From positions 2,372-66,371 of the forward strand of contig JAJCZL010000068.1 of NCBI GenBank assembly GCA_029262415.1: a DNA stretch of 64,000 nucleotides, in the 5' to 3' direction. Below, piece after piece: positions 21,147 to 29,813 of this stretch. A program made the position numbers and the translations under genes. The first letter of the stretch is position 1. Every line of letters starts with the position of its first letter. The notes below the pieces were generated by a model. It did no database searches. It saw only the letters and a program-made list of their open reading frames with translations, and was not told the DNA's origin. Origin of the DNA: Deltaproteobacteria bacterium. Lineage in GTDB: Bacteria > Desulfobacterota > Binatia > UBA1149 > JAJCZL01.

Positions 21147-21500
21147 ATGGCCGCACTCAAGCTTTACCACAACCCGCGATGCAGTAAGTCGCGGGAGGCT
21201 CTAGCTTTACTCGAAGCAAAAGGCGCCGAGTTCGCGATCGTCGAGTATTTAAAAAACTCCCCCACAGCCTCGGAAATAGAAAAACTGATTCGCACTTCCG
21301 ACGATCGGCCCGCGGCGTTCGTGCGCACCGGCGATGCGAGCTTCAAGGAGGCCGGCCTCAGTCTCGCGCCCGACGCCGACGCCGCCGAGGTTGCCAAGTT
21401 GATTGCGGCACACCCGGCGCTGATGCAACGCCCGATTCTCGCTTCTGCGGACAAGGCCGTGGTCGGCCGTCCAGTCGAAAATCTTCTCAAACTCCTCTGA
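21147..21500 (+). CDS. ArsC/Spx/YffB-family protein
   Basis: KLYHNPRCSKSREAL motif with catalytic Cys; 117 aa. Confidence 0.65.
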   Translation: MAALKLYHNPRCSKSREALALLEAKGAEFAIVEYLKNSPTASEIEKLIRTSDDRPAAFVRTGDASFKEAGLSLAPDADAAEVAKLIAAHPALMQRPILASADKAVVGRPVENLLKLL

Positions 21501-21505
21501 CCGGG

Positions 21506-21958
21506 TCAGAGCACCGACATCAGGATCTGCGTGCACATTCCGAATATGGCGAGCGCGCCCACAACGTAGGAGATCGCACGCCACGGTTGCAGGTGGCCCA
21601 TGTAGACGCCGGTGTGGACCAGCCGCGCGATCGTGAACGTCCACATATATACCGAGGCCCCGAACGGCGTCGCACCGCTCAGAACGTAGAGAAGCCCGAT
21701 CGCGAAGAAGATCGGGATATTCTCGAGGTCGTTGCGCTGGATGCGCAACGCGTGCGCGACCTCCTCGGTTTCTAACCCTTGTGCCGCCGCCTGTGCGTTA
21801 GCGTGGCCGAACACGTGTGCGTCTTCGTTGTTGACGTAGCCGACGTGTCTTTGGCGCGTGACGCCGGTGTAGGCGGCCGAAAGTATCATCTTAATCGCCA
21901 GTACCGTCGCGCAAATTGCGTACGTCACAAAGGCGGGGTTCGAAAGTAGATCTTCCAT
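21506..21958 (-). CDS. MAPEG-family membrane protein
   Basis: 150 aa, 3-4 TM, MAPEG-like conserved R/Y pattern. Confidence 0.5.
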   Translation of the reverse strand: MEDLLSNPAFVTYAICATVLAIKMILSAAYTGVTRQRHVGYVNNEDAHVFGHANAQAAAQGLETEEVAHALRIQRNDLENIPIFFAIGLLYVLSGATPFGASVYMWTFTIARLVHTGVYMGHLQPWRAISYVVGALAIFGMCTQILMSVL

Positions 21959-22043
21959 CCTGACCTCTTATCTTCTTGTATTCGCGCGGCGAGAGCGGCG
22001 AGTTCGGAGCGTCGCGAGATGCAGCTATGATAGTCGAGCACTT

Positions 22044-22085
22044 GGGGCATGGGAAGGCGCGGCCGGGGCATGGGAAGAGGCGGCC
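22044..22085. repeat. 2 x 21-bp tandem direct repeat
   Basis: GGGGCATGGGAAGGCGCGGCC / GGGGCATGGGAAGAGGCGGCC, about 60 bp upstream of rnhA start. Confidence 0.6.
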
Positions 22086-22140
22086 CGGGCGGCGTGTCTG
22101 CGAGCGAAGCAATATTGAGAATGCGAGCGAAGCGATACCG

Positions 22141-22989
22141 ATGAAGAAGGGCGAAGCAGTGGTGTTTACCGACGGCGCGGCCAAGGGGAATCCGGGTCCC
22201 GGCGGATGGGGGGCGATCGTTTTGTTGGTGGGCGGCCGGGTTGTCGAGTTCGGCGGTGCCGAGGACCACACCACAAACAACCGTATGGAGATGACGGCCG
22301 CGATCGCGGCGCTCGAGTTCCTCGCCGCCGAAGCGCTGGACGACCATGTGTTGATCTTCGCCGACTCGAGTTATGTGATCGACGGTGCAACCAAGTGGGT
22401 TGCGGCGTGGAAGCGTCGAGGCTGGAAGAAAGCCGACGGCAACGGAGTCTTGAACCGGGATCTTTGGGAGCGTCTCGCGGCTCTGTGCTCGGTGCGCACG
22501 CGCCGGCGCTTGCTCAGCTGGAAGCGTGTGCGTGGGCACGCCGGGGTTCTCGGTAACGAGCGCGCCGACGAAATCGCATCGGAATTGGCATTAGGCAACG
22601 ACGTCGATCTCTACGACGGCCCGGCCTCGGGCTACCGATACGATCCCGCCGAACTCGTGCGCGATGCCGAGGCCGACTGCAGCGGCGGCGATCGTCGCCG
22701 CGCGGCCGACAAGCCCGGCGTCGGCGGTGGTGGTCGCCCCGCGACAGGCAAGCCCTGCGGCGGCACTGGCGCAGGCGGCAGTAGCACCAAGCCTGCCGCA
22801 CCCGCTCGCAAGGGTAAGCCGCACAGCTACTTGTGTGTCGTCGACGGCGTCGCGCGACGCCACCCGACATGGCCCGAGTGCGAAGCCTTGGTGAAGGGAA
22901 GGTCGGGCGCGCGCTTCAAAAAGGCCATGACCGCCGCCGAGGAGGCCGAGATACTTTCGTCATGGGGCGTGAGCCTCACCAAGACCTGA
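22141..22989 (+). CDS. rnhA: ribonuclease HI with Gly/Pro-rich linker and C-terminal hybrid-binding (caulimovirus-VI-like) domain
   Basis: RNase H motifs VVFTDGAAKGNPGPGGWG, TNNRMEM, HAGVLGNERADE; C-terminal TWPECEALVKGRSGARFKKAMTAAEEAE matches the HBD consensus; start refined to MKKGE at 22141. Confidence 0.8.
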   Translation: MKKGEAVVFTDGAAKGNPGPGGWGAIVLLVGGRVVEFGGAEDHTTNNRMEMTAAIAALEFLAAEALDDHVLIFADSSYVIDGATKWVAAWKRRGWKKADGNGVLNRDLWERLAALCSVRTRRRLLSWKRVRGHAGVLGNERADEIASELALGNDVDLYDGPASGYRYDPAELVRDAEADCSGGDRRRAADKPGVGGGGRPATGKPCGGTGAGGSSTKPAAPARKGKPHSYLCVVDGVARRHPTWPECEALVKGRSGARFKKAMTAAEEAEILSSWGVSLTKT

Positions 22990-23166
22990 CTCTGCCGCCG
23001 GCGAGCCGGCGCTGCGACACTGTGCGGATGGCGCCGTCGCCGGCGTGTTCTTCGCGCAATCGCTCGCTCCCTACGGCATGGCGGCATGGCGGGTGGTCTC
23101 AGTCGTGGCCGAGCGCGCGGCACACCCGCTGATGCCGGTGGCGCAAGGGGACGAGAAGCGTTCCCG

Positions 23167-23219
23167 TAAAACCGCTTTGAGCGGTTCACTATGAAATCCC
23201 CCGGCTTTGCCGGGGGATT
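23167..23219 (-). terminator. two tandem GC hairpins downstream of the HNH gene (candidate intrinsic terminators)
   Basis: AACCGCTttgAGCGGTT followed by TTTT on the minus strand, and TCCCCCGGCtttGCCGGGGGA; both read from sequence. Confidence 0.3.
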
Positions 23220-23295
23220 GTTGCCAGTTCCGCAGCTGCCGATACCACCAACCGTACTTCCGTAGCAGTTTCGCAGGCACCGACACCACCAACCG

Positions 23296-24474
23296 TTATC
23301 CACTCGACAGCCGACGAACATTCCGCGCGGAATGTCGACTTGCGCCGTGCCGCTTGCTCAGCATGAAATCCAGCCCGAAGTCCAGCTCTGCCTGATACTG
23401 GTTGTGGGCCCGGCAACGCAGCGCAATATTGCCTGCCTCGTGGCGGCCGCCTTTGCCGTAGGGGATCCCGTGATGGTACTCGATGCAGCTTGTCGCTCGG
23501 CAGCGCCGTCCCTGTGCATCGACAAACCTGCAACGACCGGCGTCGCGTCTCCATACTTCGCGGCGGATCGCAGCCGGGATCGCGCGTGTTCGCTTAGTGC
23601 TCGGTCGGCCGCTGGGTCGCGCCGCCCTGGTGACCGCCGCTCCGGTGGCGACCTCTCCGGTGACGGAAGCATTGGTGACCGCCGCCTTCTTCTTCAGCGT
23701 ATCGTCGAGAAGTAACTCGATTGCGCGGCTGACGATCAGCGCAGGGTCTGCGCTCGGCAACTGGTGGCCTAGCAAATCCTGCAACGAGCGCAGCCTGTCG
23801 TGCGTCTGCTGGTCGACGGTGATCTCGATCTTGAAACGCCGCGGGGCGAGCGCGACAACTTGTTTGTGAACGGGGACGGGCTTGGCCGCACCGGCCCCGG
23901 CCGTCAGATTGGTCGGCGTGCACTGCCCGTCGCGACCGCGGTCCTCTCGGGCGTTTGTTGTCGGCAGCTCCCTGGGAACAGCGGGTCTGGTCAGTCTCGG
24001 CAGCGCGCGCACGCGCGAAGGCACATCAGGTCGCGGCGCCAGCTCGGCCAGCAAAACATCTATCTCTCGCGAACTCTTGTGCTTGGCACGCCCGAGCAGC
24101 GCTTGATGATTGTCTTCGGTCAGATGCTTGCCCAGCTGATTGATAGCGCTTAGGTGCAGTTCACCGGTGGCTACCATCGGCAAAACCACCGGGAAGCGCC
24201 GCGCGGTTCGCGCCGCCCAGATGCGCTTGGCCGTCATCGACTCCGACATATGAAAGCGCTCCATACAGAACGCGAACATCGACGGGCACGCATGTTTGGC
24301 CCACAGCCTCCGTTCATCGATCTCGCCGATATGCGCGAGCAGCTGCGCGGTATTGTGTCGGTCTTGACGGACCAGATGACCAAAGCGTTGGAGAAGTGCT
24401 TGTTCCGGAAGGTCTGCAAGCAAAGTGTTGAATTCCATCGAGGTGTTAAGTTCCATCGCAGTGTTGGTTTTCAT
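23296..24474 (-). CDS. HNH endonuclease (DUF222-like N-terminal region + C-terminal HNH)
   Basis: C-terminal CRFVDAQGRRCRATSCIEYHHGIPYGKGGRHEAGNIALRCRAHN (HNH His/Asn pattern); palindromic repeat embedded in the 3' end encodes HSARNV. Confidence 0.7.
   Translation of the reverse strand: MKTNTAMELNTSMEFNTLLADLPEQALLQRFGHLVRQDRHNTAQLLAHIGEIDERRLWAKHACPSMFAFCMERFHMSESMTAKRIWAARTARRFPVVLPMVATGELHLSAINQLGKHLTEDNHQALLGRAKHKSSREIDVLLAELAPRPDVPSRVRALPRLTRPAVPRELPTTNAREDRGRDGQCTPTNLTAGAGAAKPVPVHKQVVALAPRRFKIEITVDQQTHDRLRSLQDLLGHQLPSADPALIVSRAIELLLDDTLKKKAAVTNASVTGEVATGAAVTRAARPSGRPSTKRTRAIPAAIRREVWRRDAGRCRFVDAQGRRCRATSCIEYHHGIPYGKGGRHEAGNIALRCRAHNQYQAELDFGLDFMLSKRHGASRHSARNVRRLSSG
23318..23335. repeat. 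18-bp perfect palindrome ACATTCCGCGCGGAATGT (copy 1)
   Basis: Seen directly; lies inside the 3' end of the HNH gene. Confidence 0.7.
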
Positions 24475-24710
24475 AAGCCGAGACTAACACGGGTTTTTTC
24501 GCGCGCGGTGACGCGTGAGTCGTGAAGCCGAGTAGAATTGCTGACAGAACAAACCAGTACCGCGCTGCCAAGCGTTCGACGTCGTTGACACAAAAACTTT
24601 TTACGTTGATCAGAGAACGTCGCTTAACGGCGAAACTATGAGGCCGAAAAACCTGTCAAGAGAAATCGTCATCGCGGCTCAGTTGATATTCCGATCAAGC
24701 ATATCAACGC

Positions 24711-24740
24711 TTGAACATGCCGCGCGGAATGTGAAGTCGA
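24711..24740. repeat. 30-bp repeat unit containing palindrome variant ACATGCCGCGCGGAATGT (copy 2)
   Basis: TTGAACATGCCGCGCGGAATGTGAAGTCGA; first of two identical units with a 47-bp period, about 240 bp upstream of the HNH gene start. Confidence 0.7.
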
Positions 24741-24757
24741 CTCGGGTATACGGGCCA

Positions 24758-24787
24758 TTGAACATGCCGCGCGGAATGTGAAGTCGA
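24758..24787. repeat. 30-bp repeat unit containing palindrome variant (copy 3)
   Basis: Identical to 24711..24740. Confidence 0.7.
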
Positions 24788-24971
24788 TGATTGGTCGCGC
24801 ATATCCGCTATGACCTCGCGCTCAGCCACTTCGCGGCGGCGGTGCGATGATTGTTGCCGGTTTGTGCGACTCGCTCACAGGCTGAGCCCCGCTGCCGGCC
24901 GCGCACTTGCGACCTTCGGACTCGATCGAATCAGTCAGTAGCGTTCTTGAGCGAATTGATCGGACGAGACA

Positions 24972-25796
24972 CTAGGCGCGCCCGGCCTTTTTTAGATCAT
25001 CGTAGGCGGCGTTGATCTCGGCCATACGCTTGCCGGCGATCTCGGCGAACTCTTCGCCCAGGTGCTGGGCACGGTCGGGATGGTTCTCCATCGAGAGTTT
25101 ACGCCACGCGGATTTGATCTCATCCGCGTTCGCTTCGGGTCCGAGGCCGAGTGTTGCCAAGGCTTCGTTCAGCCGATGTGCGGCGCTTGGCCGGGAAAAC
25201 CGTTCGCCGTAATCGCCGCCGGCTTGGCCGAATCCGCCAAAGCCGAATCCGCCCATGAACGCCCCGAGGCCGAGATACCCCGCGACCTCTTCTATGAAAC
25301 GCTGCTCGTTCGGCTTAACGGTGCCGTCGGCTTGGGCGACCGAAGTCAGCACACGGATGACGATGAAACGTTCTTGAAGACCGAACTGCGCGGCGATCCG
25401 CGCACAGATCGACCGGGTGTTTTCGGTGCTCCTGCGGCTCTCTTTGATCAGATCGCGGATCCACAAGAGTTTCTCGTCGTCGTAGCGAAGCGATTGCTGA
25501 AAGTAGGCACGGATCGCGGTGACCTCGCGTGGGTCGAGTTCTCCGTCGAGTTCGGCAAGGCGGGTGAGCAGCAGGACGAGTTCAGGAACGAAGCGTTTTT
25601 GCGCTTCGCTCTGGGCCTTGCGGAAGGCCGGGAGTGTGTAGCGCCGCATGTACCACCGGGCTGCAAATAAGCCGATGGTCGCGAGTAGGAACAGGCCCGC
25701 AAACACCCGTATCATGCCGACGAACAGCGGGCCGCCGCCGAGTAGGGCGATTAGCAGGACAAGCCAGAGGCAGCCGGGGTTGAAACGGAGAGCCAT
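24972..25796 (-). CDS. DjlA-like membrane J-domain co-chaperone (TM + TerB-like + C-terminal DnaJ domain)
   Basis: N-terminal TM helices; C-terminal J domain with HPD (ENHPDRAQH). Confidence 0.65.
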   Translation of the reverse strand: MALRFNPGCLWLVLLIALLGGGPLFVGMIRVFAGLFLLATIGLFAARWYMRRYTLPAFRKAQSEAQKRFVPELVLLLTRLAELDGELDPREVTAIRAYFQQSLRYDDEKLLWIRDLIKESRRSTENTRSICARIAAQFGLQERFIVIRVLTSVAQADGTVKPNEQRFIEEVAGYLGLGAFMGGFGFGGFGQAGGDYGERFSRPSAAHRLNEALATLGLGPEANADEIKSAWRKLSMENHPDRAQHLGEEFAEIAGKRMAEINAAYDDLKKAGRA

Positions 25797-25819
25797 GGGT
25801 CGGGCGCTGAGCCGCCGCG

Positions 25820-25896
25820 TGGTCGGGGTGAGAGGATTTGAACCTCCGGCTCCTGCGTCCCGAACGCAGTGCTCTACCAGGCTGAGCTACACCCCG
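25820..25896 (-). tRNA. tRNA-Pro (anticodon CGG)
   Basis: Minus-strand read CGGGGTGTAGCTCAGCCTGGTAGAGCACTGCGTTCGGGACGCAGGAGCCGGAGGTTCAAATCCTCTCACCCCGACCA; cloverleaf with TTCGGGA anticodon loop, GTTCAAATCC T-arm and encoded CCA. Confidence 0.8.
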
Positions 25897-26043
25897 TTGC
25901 GCGGAAAACGAGTAACCGCAGTCACTAACACGTGGATCGGCAAAAGCGAAGCGAAGCGTGGATTGCCAAAGGCGAAGCGTACATCGCGCCGTGCATCGAG
26001 TGGGCCCCGAGGGTAAGCACCGCAGGGGCCGAAGGAGCGCAAA

Positions 26044-26676
26044 ATGGGATTCTACAACGATGAGATTGCACCCCGCCTGGTAAGCGCTGTATGCGGTGCG
26101 CCGGCGGCTAGGGAGCGCCGACGCCGGGTGGTGCCTTTGGCCGAGGGGCGGGTTCTGGAGATCGGCATGGGTTCGGGTCACAACCTGCCTCTTTACGATG
26201 CCGGCAAGGTTGAGTTCGTTTGGGGGTTGGAGCCCGGCCGGACCATGCGCAAACTCGCCGCCGAACGGGTTCGCAAAGCTCCTTTCGAGGTCAAGTGGCT
26301 CGATTTGCCGGGTGAAGAAATCCCGCTCGAGGACGGCAGCGCCGACACCGTGCTGACGACATTCACGCTGTGCACGATCCCCGACGCGCAGGCCGCGCTC
26401 GCGCAGATGCGCCGGGTGCTCAAGCCTGGTGGTAAGTTGTTGTTCCTCGAGCACGGCGAGTCGCCGGATGCGCTGGTTCACCTTTGGCAGCGCGGGATCG
26501 AGCCGGTGTGGAAACCGCTGTCGGGCGGCTGTCACGTGACCCGCAAGATCCCCAAGATGATCGAGGACGCCGGTTTCTCGGTTAAGAGAATGAACCAGGG
26601 CTACCTGCCCGGCATCGCTGCCAAGCTGACGGCGTTCGCGTCATATGAGTATTGGGGAAGCGCTACGCAAGCGTAA
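26044..26676 (+). CDS. class I SAM-dependent methyltransferase (type-11-like)
   Basis: VLEIGMGSGHNL motif I; RVLKPGGKLLFLEH motif. Confidence 0.65.
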   Translation: MGFYNDEIAPRLVSAVCGAPAARERRRRVVPLAEGRVLEIGMGSGHNLPLYDAGKVEFVWGLEPGRTMRKLAAERVRKAPFEVKWLDLPGEEIPLEDGSADTVLTTFTLCTIPDAQAALAQMRRVLKPGGKLLFLEHGESPDALVHLWQRGIEPVWKPLSGGCHVTRKIPKMIEDAGFSVKRMNQGYLPGIAAKLTAFASYEYWGSATQA

Positions 26677-26790
26677 GTCAGTCGGCGGAGGCGTAGGGGA
26701 ATTCCGAATAAGCAAAGGGGGCAGGTACTTTCTAATTGCGAGAAAATACCTGACCCCGGCAGGAGGTTTGAAGTTAGCTTCGCCGAGCGA

Positions 26791-27453
26791 TTACTGGCCG
26801 GCGGGCAGGGTCGTGGTCGTCGCAATCAGCGTGGTGGTCGGCGTCGTCATCGTCGTCGATGTCGTCGGCGGGACGCAGACGTCGATGCAAGCGTCGAATC
26901 CGGCGACGCAGGCGTCACGGCCCGTGCGCTTATCGGCTTTGCATTCTTTGCGACAGGCTCCGCGGCTTTCGGCTTCGGCGCACTGTTCTTTGCACTGTTT
27001 GCCCGCGGTTCGGATGTCTTTGAAGCAGCGTCCGGCGGCTTTTCCGCAGGCGTTGACGCACTCGCGGTCTTCGGGGATGCGGCAAGTTCCTTTGCACTCG
27101 CGACGATCGGCTCTGCAGATGTCCTGTTCGGCCTGACGTACTTCACCGGCGGCTGCGTTGCAGTCGTCGCTGTCGGCACCGCACACCTCGTTGCAGGCAT
27201 CGTGGTCTGCGGCGCAGGTCTCGCCGTTGCCGCAGGCTTCGCGGTCCAGTGCGCAGCCTTCGCGGCATACGTCGCGCACGGTGCTGCATTCGTCGCGCGC
27301 GGCGTCACGGTCTCGCTTAGCGTCTTTGTCGCAGCTGTTGGCTACTAGGTTACACGCGCTTATGCAGTTGTGGGCATCGGCGGTCGCGTAGGCTGAAAGT
27401 GTCGCGGCAAACGCGAAGGCGGCAGCCAAAGCCAGTCCTTTTACTGAGGTCAT
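26791..27453 (-). CDS. secreted Cys-rich protein, paralog A, ending in Thr-rich linker
   Basis: Start refined to MTSVKG with GGAGAAAC upstream; signal peptide; about 30 Cys in CxxxC/CxDxC spacing; C-terminal PPTTSTTMTTPTTTLIATTTTLPAGQ. Confidence 0.55.
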   Translation of the reverse strand: MTSVKGLALAAAFAFAATLSAYATADAHNCISACNLVANSCDKDAKRDRDAARDECSTVRDVCREGCALDREACGNGETCAADHDACNEVCGADSDDCNAAAGEVRQAEQDICRADRRECKGTCRIPEDRECVNACGKAAGRCFKDIRTAGKQCKEQCAEAESRGACRKECKADKRTGRDACVAGFDACIDVCVPPTTSTTMTTPTTTLIATTTTLPAGQ

Positions 27454-27660
27454 TCGGTGTTTCTCCTTATCTGAATCGGCTCGGCCGGTCACAGGCGTGC
27501 CTCGTTTGAGTGAGTCGAGTTTAGGAAGGAGACCGCTGCAGCTACAAGGTTGCCGGGCGACGCGGGGAGGAAAACTTACCGGTTGTGTACGTGACCGCAA
27601 AGCAGAGCGCCTGCGGGGCAGCGAAAACCCCGCAGGCGACAAAGGCAATGCTTTGTGTTC

Positions 27661-29013
27661 TCAGAGACAGTTTGGATCGGCACCATCGGTCAAATTATCG
27701 CAGTCGTTGTCGATGCCGTCGGTGCACGTTGCGTCGCCGTTAGGTCCTTCGACACCGGGCGTGCCCGGTACGCAGATATTCGGTGTACCGGCAGTGCAGA
27801 CCGCAACCGTTACCTCGCACGCGCCGACGCCGCAGGTTTGGTCGCCGAGGTTCTCAACGGTGCAGCTGTCGCTGCAGCAGTCGCCTGCGGTGGTGTTGCC
27901 GTCGTCGCAGAACTCCGGGGTCTGGACGATTCCGTTACCGCACAACGGGACGTCGCCGACCAAGCCGTCGGAGATGTCGTCCATTACCAATTGGAAGCAG
28001 CTCTTCAGGCACTTGCGGTCGAGCGCGCCCAAGCCGTCGATGCACACGTCGCACGGCGCCGTGACGTCGGGGACGATCAAACCAGTTGCGCCGTCGACCA
28101 TCTGGTCGCCGACACACTTGTCGATTTGGTCGAGCTTTTTCTTTGCGATGCCGGCCTGTGCGTCGCGGCAGATATCGGAATCGATGCCCTGAGCGACGCA
28201 CTTCTTGTCGGCCAGCTGCGAACGCTTCATGGTGTAATTGACCGCGGCCTTGCCGAAGCGCTTCTGGCACTTGGTCTGGTCTTTGAGGAGGTCCTGGTCA
28301 ACGTTCAGCCCGGTCGGCGGGTCGAGTTGCTGGTCGTTGCCGGCGTAGGCGAAGGCGACGATCGATTCGACGAAATCGCCGGGGTCGCAATCGAGCGGCT
28401 CGGGGCCGGCATCCTTGCACTTATCGGCCTTGATGTTGCCTTTCTTGAGCAGCAGGTCGTTGCACTTGGCGCGTTTTTTGGCCTGTTTCTTCACCCACTT
28501 GAAGCAGTCCTTGTCGAGACCCGCGATCGCCTTGGACTGACGAACGGTGATGTCTGAGACCACAAGGGTCGCGCTGGTGTTGACGTCGTCGACCGGCACG
28601 AACACCGTCGCCGCGCCGCGCGCGCTAACGCTGACGCCGTCAGAGCCGTTCGCGGTCACGGTTACGATGCATTCCCCGTCCGGAATGTTCGGACCGCCGC
28701 GCTCGACCAGCATGACTGAACTGACCTGTCCGGTATCTGGATAGGCGCCGGTGACATCGGCGTTGTCGGAAGTGGTCGAGGAGATCGAGCACTTCACGCC
28801 GTTGCCGGTCGCTTCGGTGCTGGTTTTAACGTCGACGACGATGTCTTGCAGGTTGATTCCCGCGATCGGCGCGTCGAACACCACCTGCCCTTGGTAGGAG
28901 ACCGTCCCGTTGTAGTCGACGGCGTGCGCAAGGGGTGCCGCAAAGCAGTACCCCAATACGCCCGCGTAAATGGCGGTTCTTACGGCGACGCCCCTCACCG
29001 TACCGGCCGTCAT
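27661..29013 (-). CDS. secreted protein with Myxococcus-type Cys-rich repeat and MopE-like Cx2DGxDNDCD motif
   Basis: Start at MTAGTV (ATG overlaps upstream stop as TAATG); signal peptide; CGNGIVQTPEFCDDGNTTAGDCCSDSC and TCTDGIDNDCDNLTDGADPNC near the C-terminus. Confidence 0.6.
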   Translation of the reverse strand: MTAGTVRGVAVRTAIYAGVLGYCFAAPLAHAVDYNGTVSYQGQVVFDAPIAGINLQDIVVDVKTSTEATGNGVKCSISSTTSDNADVTGAYPDTGQVSSVMLVERGGPNIPDGECIVTVTANGSDGVSVSARGAATVFVPVDDVNTSATLVVSDITVRQSKAIAGLDKDCFKWVKKQAKKRAKCNDLLLKKGNIKADKCKDAGPEPLDCDPGDFVESIVAFAYAGNDQQLDPPTGLNVDQDLLKDQTKCQKRFGKAAVNYTMKRSQLADKKCVAQGIDSDICRDAQAGIAKKKLDQIDKCVGDQMVDGATGLIVPDVTAPCDVCIDGLGALDRKCLKSCFQLVMDDISDGLVGDVPLCGNGIVQTPEFCDDGNTTAGDCCSDSCTVENLGDQTCGVGACEVTVAVCTAGTPNICVPGTPGVEGPNGDATCTDGIDNDCDNLTDGADPNCL

Positions 29014-29651
29014 TACGGCAACGTCGTCGGAGGCGTAAGGTCTACGCCCGCACATCCGGAGTAACAGAACACTGCATCATCTTCACAGAACTGCGCAGTG
29101 GTGTTGGCGATGCGCCGGCACTCCTTGAAGCAGTTCTTTCGCTCACCGCCGGTCGCGCAGGCGCGCTTGCAGCCTTTCTCGTCGCGCTTGGCTGCGGCCG
29201 TGCAGTCGTGCTCTTGCTTGGTGCACCCTCTTACGCACAAGCCGTCGATCGGGTCTATGCACTGGTCGTCGCAGGTGGTACGCGCAACCGTGCACAGCGC
29301 GCGCAGGTCGTTGCGTGCTGTTTTTGCGTCGTCGCGGCACGTGTCGCGTCCGGTGTCGCAGTTAGCGTCGCAGTTCACGCAGTCGTCGAGGCACTGCAGG
29401 TCCCCTGCGGCGCAGTCGGCCTCGCAGGTTGCGGCGTTGGCCGTACAATCGTTGTGACAGATCGTTTCTTGCTGGTCGCAAACGACCCTTTGGGCTTTCC
29501 ATGCGCCTTTGGCGCTGTGTTGGCAGGCGCGGCGAATCTGGTTGCACACGCTGCGGCAGGTCACCGCGTCGGCTGGGGCCGCCGCGAGTAGGCCGATGCC
29601 GGAGAAGAGAAATGCGGCGAGAAGGCCGGTGACGATAGTCTTACTCTTCAT
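29013..29651 (-). CDS. secreted Cys-rich protein, paralog B
   Basis: Signal peptide MKSKTIVTGLLAAFLFSGIGLLAAAPADA; Cys pattern similar to 26791..27453; ends PPTTLP. Confidence 0.55.
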   Translation of the reverse strand: MKSKTIVTGLLAAFLFSGIGLLAAAPADAVTCRSVCNQIRRACQHSAKGAWKAQRVVCDQQETICHNDCTANAATCEADCAAGDLQCLDDCVNCDANCDTGRDTCRDDAKTARNDLRALCTVARTTCDDQCIDPIDGLCVRGCTKQEHDCTAAAKRDEKGCKRACATGGERKNCFKECRRIANTTAQFCEDDAVFCYSGCAGVDLTPPTTLP

Positions 29652-29813
29652 TATTATAGCTCCCTATGTAACGCGTAAATCTACTCCACTCTCTTCTGTC
29701 TTGTCCACCCATTTGGACGGGTTTCCCCGCTAAAGCGGGAGAGCAGACTATGGTCCTAACCCGAATGGGGGCATCGTTGAGCGGCGCATCCCCAAAGGCT
29801 AGGAGTAGTCGCA

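Noticed and set aside
22166-23321. Arg-rich ORFs overlapping the rnhA linker/HBD region (22514..22870, 22827..23321 and others)
   Set aside because: They are antisense or alternate-frame readings of the Gly/Pro-rich rnhA linker and have no start-site support.
24940-24995. Forward-strand GGCGCGCC palindrome + T6 run at the 3' end of the djlA-like gene as a terminator
   Set aside because: It lies on the strand opposite to the only nearby genes that would need it and overlaps the djlA stop codon region. The stem is a short self-complementary octamer with no loop.
25820-25896. tRNA-Pro as the attachment site of the accessory island
   Set aside because: The tRNA lies more than 20 kb from the island (47.3-63.5 kb), with core genes (rpe, def-fmt-rsmB) in between, and no integrase or tRNA 3'-end duplication was seen. 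The adjacent GCGAAGCG mini-repeats (25935-25985) look like low-complexity sequence, not an att site.
25582-26535. 317-aa minus-strand ORF spanning the tRNA-Pro gene and the methyltransferase gene
   Set aside because: It overlaps a confidently identified tRNA and a plus-strand MTase with clear motifs. It has Arg/Pro-rich low-complexity composition typical of spurious antisense ORFs in high-GC DNA.
29652-29813. Hairpin CCCGCTaaAGCGGG between the divergent Cys-rich gene and the P450 start as a terminator
   Set aside because: It has no downstream T-run and sits between two divergent starts, so it is more plausibly promoter-region secondary structure.
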